A stretch of 64,000 nucleotides of DNA from positions 5,446,201-5,510,200 of the forward strand of contig NC_092670.1 of assembly GCF_964355755.1 (NCBI RefSeq), in the 5' to 3' direction. Within the stretch, counting starts at the first letter, position 1. Every line of letters starts with the position of its first letter. The stretch is from Antedon mediterranea. Taxonomy: Eukaryota; Animalia; Echinodermata. The position numbers were made by a program, and so were the translations under genes. Below the pieces are notes generated by a model. It was not told the origin of the DNA, did no database searches, and saw only the letters and a list, made by a program, of their open reading frames with translations. Of this stretch, positions 1 to 11,191 are shown one piece after another.

Positions 1-429
1 GGAAGCGAAGGTTGGAGGAAGACTGCATGGCAACAGAAGCGATACCAAGATTTTAATTACAATAAATCGAATGTTCTTACACAACGTGATGTATAATCAT
101 GGTAAAATACTGTATAATAGAAAATGGAAATTAAAACGGCAATATAGGATAATATAGCATAATATAAACTCAATTTGAATAACAGAGTTTATTTATAGTG
201 ACATTTCTAGATTGTGCTTGTATGTGCGGTGTAAATTCGTTGCTACTTCTACTCATTAGATTTAAAATAGAAAGCAATGCTACGACGTTTTGAGAACCAT
301 CACTGTTTTGTAAAAACCTCACTCACACGAGGTCAATCCATACTTCCGTCTCACGAAATGCATTTTGGGTAATGAAAGCCAACTTTTTTACAACCCACCC
401 ACGAAGTATGTGCAGCGGAAACGGTGCAC

Positions 430-514
430 AAATTTCATATACGGTATATATATACGGTATATTTATACGGTATATTTATACGGTATATTTTGGGTTGGCA
501 GCAGAAACGGGCCC
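430..514. mobile_element. Right end of a PIF/Harbinger-family non-autonomous element
   Basis: Four ATACGGTAT subterminal repeats followed by the terminus TTGGCAGCAGAAACGGGCCC, matching the TIR family at 3958-4791. No left end is visible in the window. Confidence 0.65.
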
Positions 515-751
515 CTTGTTAGTTTTTAAAGGTACTTTCTGTACAGTACATCCAAGGCTATTGTAGACCTATACAACATAAAATTGGCCTAGTGGTTTGA
601 GCTGTGAAATTGACAGCAAGTGGACAAAATTATAGGCCTAAAAGTAAATGTACTGTAGAAGAAAAAAAAAACAGGGAAGTTTGATTAAACTAGAATTATA
701 ATATTCTGTAGTTTTGCCAAATTATTTATTTTAAAAGCCATATATTCTTAC

Positions 752-1451
752 CCAAATAGAAGGCCGTCATTTTTTGCGGTACATTATCATCAATGTATGT
801 AACACCTAGAGTATATAATGGTGAGGCGCCAACTCCATGTAAAAGTTGAGCGACGATAAAAATTGCATAGTATTTTGAATAACTTTCCTTTTCCACATCA
901 CATTCATCAGTCCTGTTACCACTTCTATCGCAAGTTTCATAATCCACAGACTCAAACTCGTAAAACGGTGTCAAATAATGTGGTGTTGTGAAAAGAAGAG
1001 AACCAGCTGCAAAAATTAAAGCACCAAGACCAATCCAACGAGGCTTATGCCCATTCTCACCAAAATATGTCACAAAAACAATAACCACCATTACTGCGAC
1101 GTCATAGCAACTGGATATGAAACCGCTTTTGACGCTTGGTAGATCAAACCGTTTTTCTATTGTAGTCGTAACGACGTATATTATACCGTTTACGGTCATA
1201 CCCTGGGTAATAGCGAATACGCATGCGAAGAATAAAAATCCTGGTGCATTATTGAATTTTTGTGCGCAGTCTGGCTTCAAAGCGCCCCAACTGCATTGTC
1301 CGTCGTCTTCAAGTTCATCGTCTATGTTAATGACGGGAATTTGTCGGTTGTTGTCGCTGCCATTCGTACCGTTTGTATTATGGAAATCTTGGCTCTTGTT
1401 ATCATTTTGCAACTCATCATAAGTCTTCTTTTCCTCGTTAGTTGTAGCCAT
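752..1451 (-). CDS. SLCO4A1: Organic anion transporting polypeptide (OATP/SLCO, SLCO4-like), first coding exon; gene continues beyond the left edge
   Basis: The ORF has OATP motifs (TTIEKRFDLPSVKSGFISSCYD, FVTYFG..GHKPRWIG.G, AQLLHGVGASPLYTLGVTYIDDN). The acceptor AG is at 1479-1478 upstream of the ATG, and a GTAAG donor follows base 752. N-terminal CSWGALKPDCAQKFNN resembles the SLCO4 subfamily; the exact paralog is uncertain. Confidence 0.9.
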
Positions 1452-2088
1452 TTTGTTTTAATCACTAGTCAAAATATCTGTAAAAGTAATAACAAAAAGC
1501 TTGGTTAAATTTATTTATTTAAAACTATTATATTAGCATTCAGTTTAACCATACATACTAACTGTATGTATTTGAGTACAGTATTCTCAAATATGTCAGT
1601 TATTAGATCACAGATACTGTAGATAAATTGGTTGGTATCCATGAAAAAGCAAAAAAAAACCACATTTTTATTTACTTTAACTATCAACAAAATTTATTAC
1701 AGAAATGACCAAAGATATGTTTAGATCCACAATCACATCTTAATAGCAATATTATTAAAAAATTGTTTACAAATTTACAAACTAAAGTATCACAAATTGG
1801 GGCAATCACCTGATATGCAACAGTAAATTTGATCGGTTGGAGGTCAAAATCATGATGACTATCATATTGTAAGTGCTGTATCTAATCTAATACCTTGAGA
1901 TTTCATAAAGAACAAGGAAGAAATGCCTGTTCAGACCTAGTTTTGTACACAGTACAACACCAAAGAAAAGAGTGCATTGTAATTCAATTCAATATTTGTA
2001 TATAATATTTTATTAACTTATCATGTTTTAATGTTTTTTATATTTATATAATTGAGATCATTTGTTTGTGAAAGTACGTTTTTTGTTT

Positions 2089-2136
2089 GTGAAAGCATAG
2101 AGATATTATAGTTCTATAATATCTCTATGGTGAAAG
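2089..2136. mobile_element. 34-bp palindromic insertion with 7-bp target duplication (P-element-like excision footprint)
   Basis: GTGAAAG [CATAGAGATATTATAG TT CTATAATATCTCTATG] GTGAAAG. Arms are a perfect 16 bp, the insert is 2096-2129, and it has CATAG termini. Confidence 0.75.
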
Positions 2137-2906
2137 TACTTTGTTTGTTTTACTTTTGTATTTTTGGCGGCAATTGCCTTCCATGGAATATCAATTCCAT
2201 ATTTGGGCACATTACACTTTTTTTTAAAACTAGTTTGGTAGTGTAGACAGAGCTTAAGACAAAAAGGCTGTTTTATTTTGGAAGGCTTAACAGTCTAAAC
2301 AGTAATTAAACTATATAACCAAGTTATTATTGTACTCTTGACCTTGAATTAAATAATAAACAATAACCACAACAATCAATGACATTACCACAACATGTAA
2401 TATCCTTATTCAACAATTGTACTTGTACTTTCATTTTTATCCTGTGTGCCAAATTCCTTTCTACAGATTCTCCCTTTTTATCACTTTAACAATGTTACAA
2501 GCTGTTAACTTTATCGTTTTATAAATTGTTTTTATGATAAGTCATTCCCAGTGTTTACCCAGTGCTGATAAAGCTAGTTAAATATACTTTACAAGGGACA
2601 GTATAAATATCTTAACCCTTTAAAACCAAACAATAAACCACATGAAGTCAAATAGAAATCAGATTGGACATCAAAATTTGAACACTTTAAAGTTTACATA
2701 GTTCTTGACTCTCCCTTTACTCATTCCGGAATTAATCTAGTTTTAAATATATTTTAACAAACAAATATACACTACATAATAAGTTCAAACAATCTCTATT
2801 ATTTACTACTATAATCTCACAAAATTATTTACTCTACTATCTTCGCCTAAAGTTAGTTCCTAACGATATTATTATTAGCAGCGTTCGAACTAGGCCAACA
2901 GCCTTT

Positions 2907-3077
2907 CAGGGGTGGATCCAGGATTTTTCAAACAGGGAGTGCTAAACATAATTTAGATATCGAAAAGTAGTTTTTTTAATTCATAATTCCATAATTGTCC
3001 ATCATTTTAGCTGTGAAGAAAAAGAGAAAGTGCGCTTTAAGCGCAAATTCCTGGATCCGCCCCTGCCTCCGCCCCTG
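2907..3077. mobile_element. Short MITE
   Basis: TIRs CAGGGGTGGATCCAGGA / TCCTGGATCCGCCCCTG. The right terminus is partly duplicated (ends at 3065 and 3077), and CCTTT flanks both sides. Confidence 0.7.
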
Positions 3078-3957
3078 CCTTTTTATTCGCTTCACGTCAT
3101 ATGTTGCAACAAAGCAAATTTGTACCCAAAAATATGTTTTAAAACCAAATTCAATACAAGGCTGATTTTGGCTCTCTGTAAAAGAAATCATCCATTGAAA
3201 AGGTGAGACCTAATCAACTAATTATTAATGGGAACCCTGTCTAATTTCATAATGTCAAGAAAAAAAAAATCTTATCAAGCCTTTTTTTTCCCACAGAAAT
3301 TGTACTGCACTGCACTATACAGTACTTTGCTAACTCACCATATGGTCAGATTAACCAAGTAAGGAAATAACTGTGGGATCAGGACACTCTTCTTCTGACA
3401 TCATATCAATCAATACAGTGTCCGTTTGGAAGACTGAAGAAAAAACCCGATGGTGGGACTGGAGCTTTACACAGCCATTTTTTACTATGTACTATACTGT
3501 AAATCAATGCATAAGAATTGTTATACAAATCAATGTTTGACCCTTCAAGGTCCCAGGAAATAACACAATATACAGAATGACAGTGATATGGTTCACTACA
3601 GATAATAAAACTTTTCAGCCAGCCAAAGTGTGTTGTAGAGGTTTTATGGGCCAACCTTGTACTACTTCTGTATAATCCATTTGTGTGCAAGTGCAGCTAC
3701 AGAAGCATCCTTCATCCTCCTCCCCCTCCCAGTTTATTAAAAATAACACAGAACTACAGTATAACAGCCTACTGTAGGATGTTTAAAGAAGTTAATTTTA
3801 GCATCGTTTTATTCAGAGTAACAACATTAACGTATCATTTGAAGGACATTTTGCAAATTAATGGCTTGAAAATAACATAATTTACAACAAAATATCATAT
3901 TTCTATAATAATATCTGCACGTACAGTATAATTTATCATTATCGACTATATAACTAT

Positions 3958-4791
3958 GGCCCTGTTTCTGCTGCCAACTAAATACCGTATATTATACGGT
4001 ATTTTTTGAATACCGTATATATACGGTATATTTTTGGCAGCAGAAACTGCGCTCATAAAAAGTATACCGTATTTTGTATACCGTATTTTCCCCACAAAAT
4101 TTGTGGATAAAATACGGTATTTACAAATTTATACCGTATTTTTTGTACCCGTTTCTGCTGCCAATAAAAAATACCGTATTTTTTTTTTACATGACAAAAG
4201 GTCAACATTCGTATTTTTATTTTCTGTCGCTGTCAGCTGCTTTACACACGTGTATAAATATATTCGGCGAAAATGTGGAGCGAAGACGTCACAGTTTTAC
4301 TAAATAAATGTGTGTGGGGAAGCTAAAATGTCTGGCCAACTAAAAGGTAATAAAAGGGACAACCACATTTATAAAGACATTTCTAAAAAAATAAAGCAGG
4401 AGTATGGAATAAACTGGTCCAAAGCAAGTAAACTCAAAGCTGAAGAGCCTGCGAAAGCAGTACAACATTGCAAAATACAATAACTCGGGGAGGGAACGAA
4501 CGGGGGAACGAATTAATTGTCCCCATTACGATGTTTTCTGTGCTCTCACAACATCTCTATCACTAGGGCTAGGCTGTTGAAAGTGAGACGTAAAACTTCC
4601 TTTATTGAGACTTTTAATTATCGATCAAATAAATGAATGGCAATTTGGGTAAAAAAAGATGAAATTTAACACGACCACCCAAGAAGTATTGTTAGCAGAA
4701 ACGGGGTACTAAAAAATACGGTATAAAAAATACCGTATTTTATACCGTATTTTTATACCGTATTTTAAGCAGTTGCAGCAGAAACAGGCCC
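3958..4791 (+). mobile_element. Composite PIF/Harbinger deletion derivative with a decayed Myb/SANT-like ORF
   Basis: TIRs GGCCCTGTTTCTGCTGC / GCAGCAGAAACAGGCCC with TAT on both flanks. Internal extra TIR copies lie at ~4034-4052, ~4145-4165 and ~4693-4708, with many ATACCGTAT/ATACGGTAT repeats. A frameshifted Myb/SANT-like coding trace spans 4273-4540. Confidence 0.8.
4273..4540 (+). pseudogene. Degenerate Myb/SANT-like (trihelix) DNA-binding domain of a Harbinger element
   Basis: Read across two frameshifts: MWSEDVTVLLNKCVWG / EAKMSGQLKGNKRDNHIYKDISKKIKQEYGINWS / KQVNSKLKSLRKQYNIAKYNNSGRERTGERINCPHYDVF. This fits the pattern W..E...LL..WGE....L....R...IY..IS......G......Q...KLK.L...Y....N.SG.....CP.Y. 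Confidence 0.7.
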
Positions 4792-5209
4792 TATCTCATC
4801 CAGAAAACCTTTGTGATACTGTAATACAGTGTAATTATAAGCATAATACACATGACTCTTATATTATATATATATAGCCATTCACATATCACTCCTCCAA
4901 CTAAGCTGCTTGTTGAAATGTGTACACAATTTTTATAACCATAGTTTTTTGCTGTCGAAAATATCATTTTTATATCGACTGCATTCTGCTAAATTTGTTC
5001 TCCAAAATGGGTGGTTATCGACGAAAAACGTTCTCATTACCAAATGCAATGTGGTCAGGTGGTCAAACTTTCAAGATTTTATAGTAGTTGACTGAAGGTC
5101 AGCAGCGGTCAATCAGATAACAGCGATAATCGGTTATAAATGGTGTTCTAATTCCCAAGCAATTGGGTGTTTTCAGGCAACCTTTTAAAAATCAGGTTAT
5201 TGAAAATTT

Positions 5210-5294
5210 GTCCTGTTTCTGCTGCCAAGAATTATATAAGGTAATATATTTACACGGTTAATAATCGGTTATTTTTTCACAGCAGAAACAGGGC
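5210..5294. mobile_element. Miniature (~85 bp) member of the same Harbinger TIR family
   Basis: GTCCTGTTTCTGCTG ... CAGCAGAAACAGGGC inverted termini with decayed subterminal motifs. Confidence 0.65.
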
Positions 5295-5596
5295 AGTTGT
5301 CCTACAGCAGCACAGTACATGCAGAGTACAAACTGGTACATTTCATGTTCAGTATCGGTTCCACATTATCAATACATTAAAGTATTAAAAAAAGGCAAGT
5401 AGAGAAATTCTGCTTCCCATTGATTTATTATTGTTCGCAAATTAATTTTTACTGTTGTTCTTCTTCTATTTCTATTTTAAGGAGCAAACTTCATAGTTGA
5501 AGGCTACTGCTCCACTAAGAATCCCATTGTGACATCGGCAGTCAACTACGGCGTCAATACGTCTGTCCACGACAGTGTGTGTGTATGAATGAACTA

Positions 5597-5705
5597 GTAC
5601 ACCGGGGTAACCCCTACTCGTCTTGAAAGATGTACTAGGTTCTTTAAAGTGCACATGAGCCAGATGTACGTTGGACCTTCCTACGGTGTATAGTCCTGTC
5701 CTTAT
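5597..5705 (-). mobile_element. Decayed Deu/Nin-SINE core fragment
   Basis: TACACCGGGGTAACCCCTACTCGTCTTGAAAGATGTACTAGGTTCTTTAAAGTGCAC closely matches the SINE body at 51940-52000. Confidence 0.75.
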
Positions 5706-8700
5706 GGTATTGTTTTATACCACTCACTGATGAAGGTACAGTAGAAGGAACACTGAAACATGCCAGTTTGTTTGTACATTTTTTTGTTTCTCCCTACCAA
5801 TAAATGTTTATAAAGCTCTGTCTACACTATCAACTACAGTACACTACAGTAGTAGTATGAAACAGAGAGACAAAACAACTTGATAATTGTAATAATGGTT
5901 GGTAATGATGGTGATTATTTAAACAATTGGTATTCATATAATCTTATGATGATTATATGATTGTTGAGGTGTTTTTAATGACTATTAGTAAATTAACAGT
6001 TACTTATCAAATAAGGGAGAATATATCAGGCATTTACTGACATACCATTATTTCTGAAGAACCCTCATTCCTACAGTTAATACAGTCTACAGTACCTCGC
6101 AATTCTGAATGTTTTGCTATAATTTGAATTAAAATGAATCTGATGGATAGTAATAACATTTTTTAACATTATTTTATAATAATGAGAAAAAGCTCATTTG
6201 ACTTTTATTTTAATACAAAAAGATCTTTATTATCAAAAATACCTAATGTTCTCTGGAAAGGGTTGCAGTATAACTAAACTTCACCAGAAAATATTTATAT
6301 GTAAAATACAACAAATTGGGAATTTTAAAATAATTATATATTTTTAATTAATCCTACAGTATTCAATTTGAATGTTCATTGTTATAGTTTAACCTTAAAT
6401 ATATGAGAAATATGACTTTAAATTAATTTCCCTGAACAAACCAGAATGTATACCAATCCATTATAAAAAAAAATCACCGTTTACCGTAGGTTAAATTATC
6501 CTATAACTGTAGTTTAACTGGTAATTAATTATTTTGTTGAAATAATTGAATTTCTGTACTGTACATGTAAATATTAACATTTGAATATTTAAATTAATTT
6601 AAATACTTTAAATTAATTTTCCTTAACAATAGCAATTCATCTATAAATATGTACAGTATGCCATATAATCATCTGCACATAAGCCACATCCGTTTAATTT
6701 AAATAAAGAGTGACAAAAAATCAATCAAACTTTGTTCTGATCCATGAAAATCTATTGAAACATAATGAAATATTATTGTAAAACAAATACAAAATCCAAT
6801 ACTATTGATTGCTAGGCAAAAGGCGTGAGTTTGTTCTATGAGTTTACGTCATCATCAGACCATACAGTAATTGCCCAGGATGAAAAGGTTTTTCAGAAAT
6901 CAGTCAGCCATTACAAAGTAATGGCCAGATTTGGAAACTAGGATTTATGAACATTTTTTAAAATATTTTATCAAAAAAATTAAATTACTAATGAATCATT
7001 GGTCTCAAGATCACTCATCAGATTATTTTGAACAAACTGATAACAATAAAACCTTTCATATCAATAAATTATTCCTAGAATAAAAAAGCAACAGGATGAA
7101 AAGAACAGTGTTTTTTTTTGTATCAGTATATTTTGCAAACACCTGTGTTTAACTATTATTATGCCAAAATTGCTATAGTAAAACAGAGTGCTAATTTACT
7201 GCTATGTTAATGCCACATTTAATTTATCCTATCCTTTATCATTGTGTTTAACTATAACAAATTGGTTATAGTAAAACACAGTACTAAATGTCTATAATGT
7301 CATTATTTATTTTCGATTTATTCGATTCTTTATCATTATGTTTAACATTATACCAAATTGCATACTATAATATCAATTGGTAGTTTTTAGAGTTAGGCCT
7401 TGTCCATGAATACTGTATTACATTCAGTAAGAGTATTAAAGAAGTCAATAACATCAGCACTGTTATAATTTCCTGTAGGCACTAGGTAACAGAACATTTC
7501 GGCGCAGGAATGTTTTTGGCCCAGGGACGTTTTGACACAGGGATTTTGTTGCCCTTAAGACCTTACAGCCTATTTCATATCATATCATAATAGACTAATA
7601 TAGTAGTACTGTAGATTACAGTAGGAAGGAAGGTGTGTCTTGTATAATGTTGTAAATAACTTGTTCAAAGGTTCTCTTGTTTATTTAGGCCAACTTTACT
7701 GGACGTTTCTGTTTACTCTGGTAATTGATGGAGGTACCCTGTCCAAGTAGCATTTAAATTAGGACTAATGAAAAAAATGTATTAAAAGAAGTTATTTATT
7801 ATGGTCACATGGCTGTAATCATGAATACATAATATACAACTATAGGCAAAATAACTTTAGGCTACCTGGCCTGTGACTTTATACCAGCATCTCTGAATTT
7901 ATAAAACATACTGGCAACAACATTTTAAAATGCATCCTGTGATTAAGGATTTACAACCTGACATTCATAATCATATACCGTAGCCATACCTAGCACAATA
8001 TTGTTGCAGGCACTCAGTTTAATAATAGTTCCTTTTAACAAAGAACAATGCTTTTTTTTAAACTAATTATACAGACTCAGTATCCAATACTTTTTTTATG
8101 CTCAATACAGTTATTTTACCATTTTAAGAGAATTCATGTTTTTTCATTCTGATTTCTGTTTTGTGTTACACAAATTTGTATTTACATAGTGACCTTTAAT
8201 AAGATGTAGGCCTAGTCTAATGCTTCCTTTAATATTTTTTAAATTAATAATGTAAAATAAAATAAAAATATTTAGAGATAATAGAATATTGATGAACATT
8301 TTTCAGGTAAGAAATGACTTCTTCAAATTAAATTAATCACAAAAGGTCAATTTCATTGAGAAAGTACTAAATACTAAGAGAATCTTCAAATTCCAATAAC
8401 ACAGTTGGCGGGAAACGTGCCAACGCATATAAGCGATCATTTTACACAACACAATTTAATGGAATGTTGCCAACTCTGTAGGTGTCGTCTCGTGATCCAG
8501 TCTGGAAAATTTAATACAGTTACTGTATTTTTCGGACGTTTAATAAAATAATTACAGTACCATTACTATATTTCAAAGTGTATATTAAAGATACAGGTAT
8601 TAAATATATTTCTATAGTTCTAGTAAAACTAAAGAGAGAAAAAGTGTCAACATTTTTTAAGTAAAAGTAGGCCTAGTTTCTGAAATTAATTTAAGATAAT

Positions 8701-11191
8701 TAAAATATGGTACAGTACTTTTAATTAAGTTTTGTATCCCTGTTGTTTTTTTATTTTATTAATTGTGTAATTTTTGTAAATCTTATTGGCAATTATTAAG
8801 AATATGAAGAATCATACAGAATGTACTGTATGTGTCAACATAAAATTAAGCTTTTACAAACAAATTCTCTTACAGTAACATTGCAATAATTAAGGAGAAC
8901 ATGTCTTGATTTAACATTAACTTTAAAAACATTGTTAATTATTAATTATTTAAAAATAAATATTTGATATTGAAATTCCAAACATTACAGCGTACATGAT
9001 GTAAGCAAACTTGTAATTAAAACTAATCAAAATATATTATAATATTATTGATTTGTTTTATGTAAAAAAGAATTCAGTCGATAAACTGTATCATGATCTT
9101 CCATTATTAATATTACGACTTCTAAAAATAACCAATAACCTTTTAGTCGTCTCAGTGACGTCAAATTATGATCGTACTGTACTACCATAACCGCTGTGTA
9201 ATGGATTTGATGTATTGAAATTTATTCAATTTTCATATTGACATTTTAATATATTCTACACAATAAAATGGGTTGTAAAATTAGGCACATATGTTTATCA
9301 CATGTTTACAAAAAGGTGAAGGTGTATGTGTGCATTTCTAATGAGATCCCATGTTGATATTATTGATGTTACGATACTAAATATAATACTGTACACTTGG
9401 CAGAAAGTCAATCAATATAATTTAATAAGTACATAAGTATAATGATACTATCTATATGAAGTATGAATAGTGGTCAAAAACAGTTGGCGCATTTGAACTT
9501 TTAACATATTTATGCTTTAACATACATATTATAAGTCTGCTTTTGAATTACTGTCCTCTATACTCAAGCTAACAAGCTAGCCTTGGCCTTCTGATGAAGA
9601 TGAATTAATGTTGGTGATGACGTATTACGTAATCAAAACTCTTGCTTCGAGACCAACTGCTAATTAATTCTAATCTCGGTTTAAACTACAATTTACATAA
9701 TATATTGTATAGATTTACAAAAAAAAATTGTGGTAACCATGGTCTAGGCGGCGGAATACATAGCCATATATGATATCATGCATGGAGGTACCTTCATGGC
9801 CATACATACATGCCTACCTTTTCTTTTTTTTCACGCACAGCAAGCTCATTTTGCAGCCAATAATTTAGCACACGTACTCAATCTACACGTCACGAAAACA
9901 AGCATGATGCACTTATATCCTCGTAAATCTAATTCAAACGCTTTTAAAATATTTATCTTATACAACTGTAATGTAGTATAAACAAACTTACCGTAGCCTA
10001 GACCCTAGATCTTAGTTAATAGAATATAATACATCCTGCAACAAACCTCTACTATCTCATTTTTTGATTATGAATGAAATCAATACAGTGTTTACTACAG
10101 TAGTAACTGCAGGTATTATTATTCTAAAGGAATGAGGGCGCTGCTTAAAAAAAATAATAAGTACAACAGCTCACTTAAATTCTAAACATTTTGTTTTATT
10201 CCATAATATAACAACAACATAATAGAACAACAACATAATAGACATACATTTTGTACTATTTACATACAAGTTAAATTTCAATTTTAATACAAATTTGAGT
10301 GCCATTCTATATGGAACAAAATTGAACAAAACAAAATTGTACCTAGGACTACTATCGATACAATTGCACCATTGAAAAAGAATGCACCATATGATAAAGA
10401 AAACATTTAATTCATGTGCAAAGGCTTTAAAAAATGTCGTGATACGAAGCCTTTGAATAAACTGCTACCCGGCCATATAATGTTTCATTTGCATTAGAAG
10501 GATAACAAAAACAAACAAAAATAATGATTTATAGACCGTCTCTAAGTTTTCAAAGATGTAGGCCTATTGTCCCCCCAAAAAATGAAGATAACAGTTTTTT
10601 ATTTTTTTTAATCTAATTTTTTTTTGTTAAATGAATAACTGTTATAGAAATGGCAAATAAAACACAATTCAGGGAACTGAGAGCCATACTCCTTTACAAA
10701 ATGGAATGTGTTAATAATTGGAATAATGCACATACAATTAATCTAATCACTTAGATGCCACAATTCCACTCCCCTGAACAATTTCATTGGTATACGATAT
10801 ACAATGTCACATAAAGAAAAAGTTTGTTTTGGGTCAGTGAAAGAAACACACATTATTGTCATAGAAGGCCTTACTGTACTAAACAGTTTGTTTCAATATT
10901 CTTGTCATTTAATTGGACGATTGTGGGTCACATTAAGTTGAAATAACTACAGTAGAAGATAAAACGTTATTAGCCTACCTCATGAGTTATTGCCTCATCG
11001 AACTACTCATAAAGATTAATTATTTGTATAGTAAATAAAGTATAGTATATAGTAAGTAAACTTAAACTTAGTGTGTCTCGAATGCGAAACTATAATTATT
11101 TTGTAGTAATACTATTATTATCGTAATACAATTGGCACTGCAATTCGTAGCACCATGGCGCCTTGATAATCCAGCTTATTCTTCCCGTTAT

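Noticed and set aside
1117-1508. Plus-strand ORFs overlapping the SLCO exon
   Set aside because: Antisense shadows of the real coding exon with no recognisable motifs.
5725-5765. CTGATGA...GAAAC hammerhead-like motif (similar case at ~9591)
   Set aside because: No stem II adjacent to the core and no proper stem I/III or cleavage triplet.
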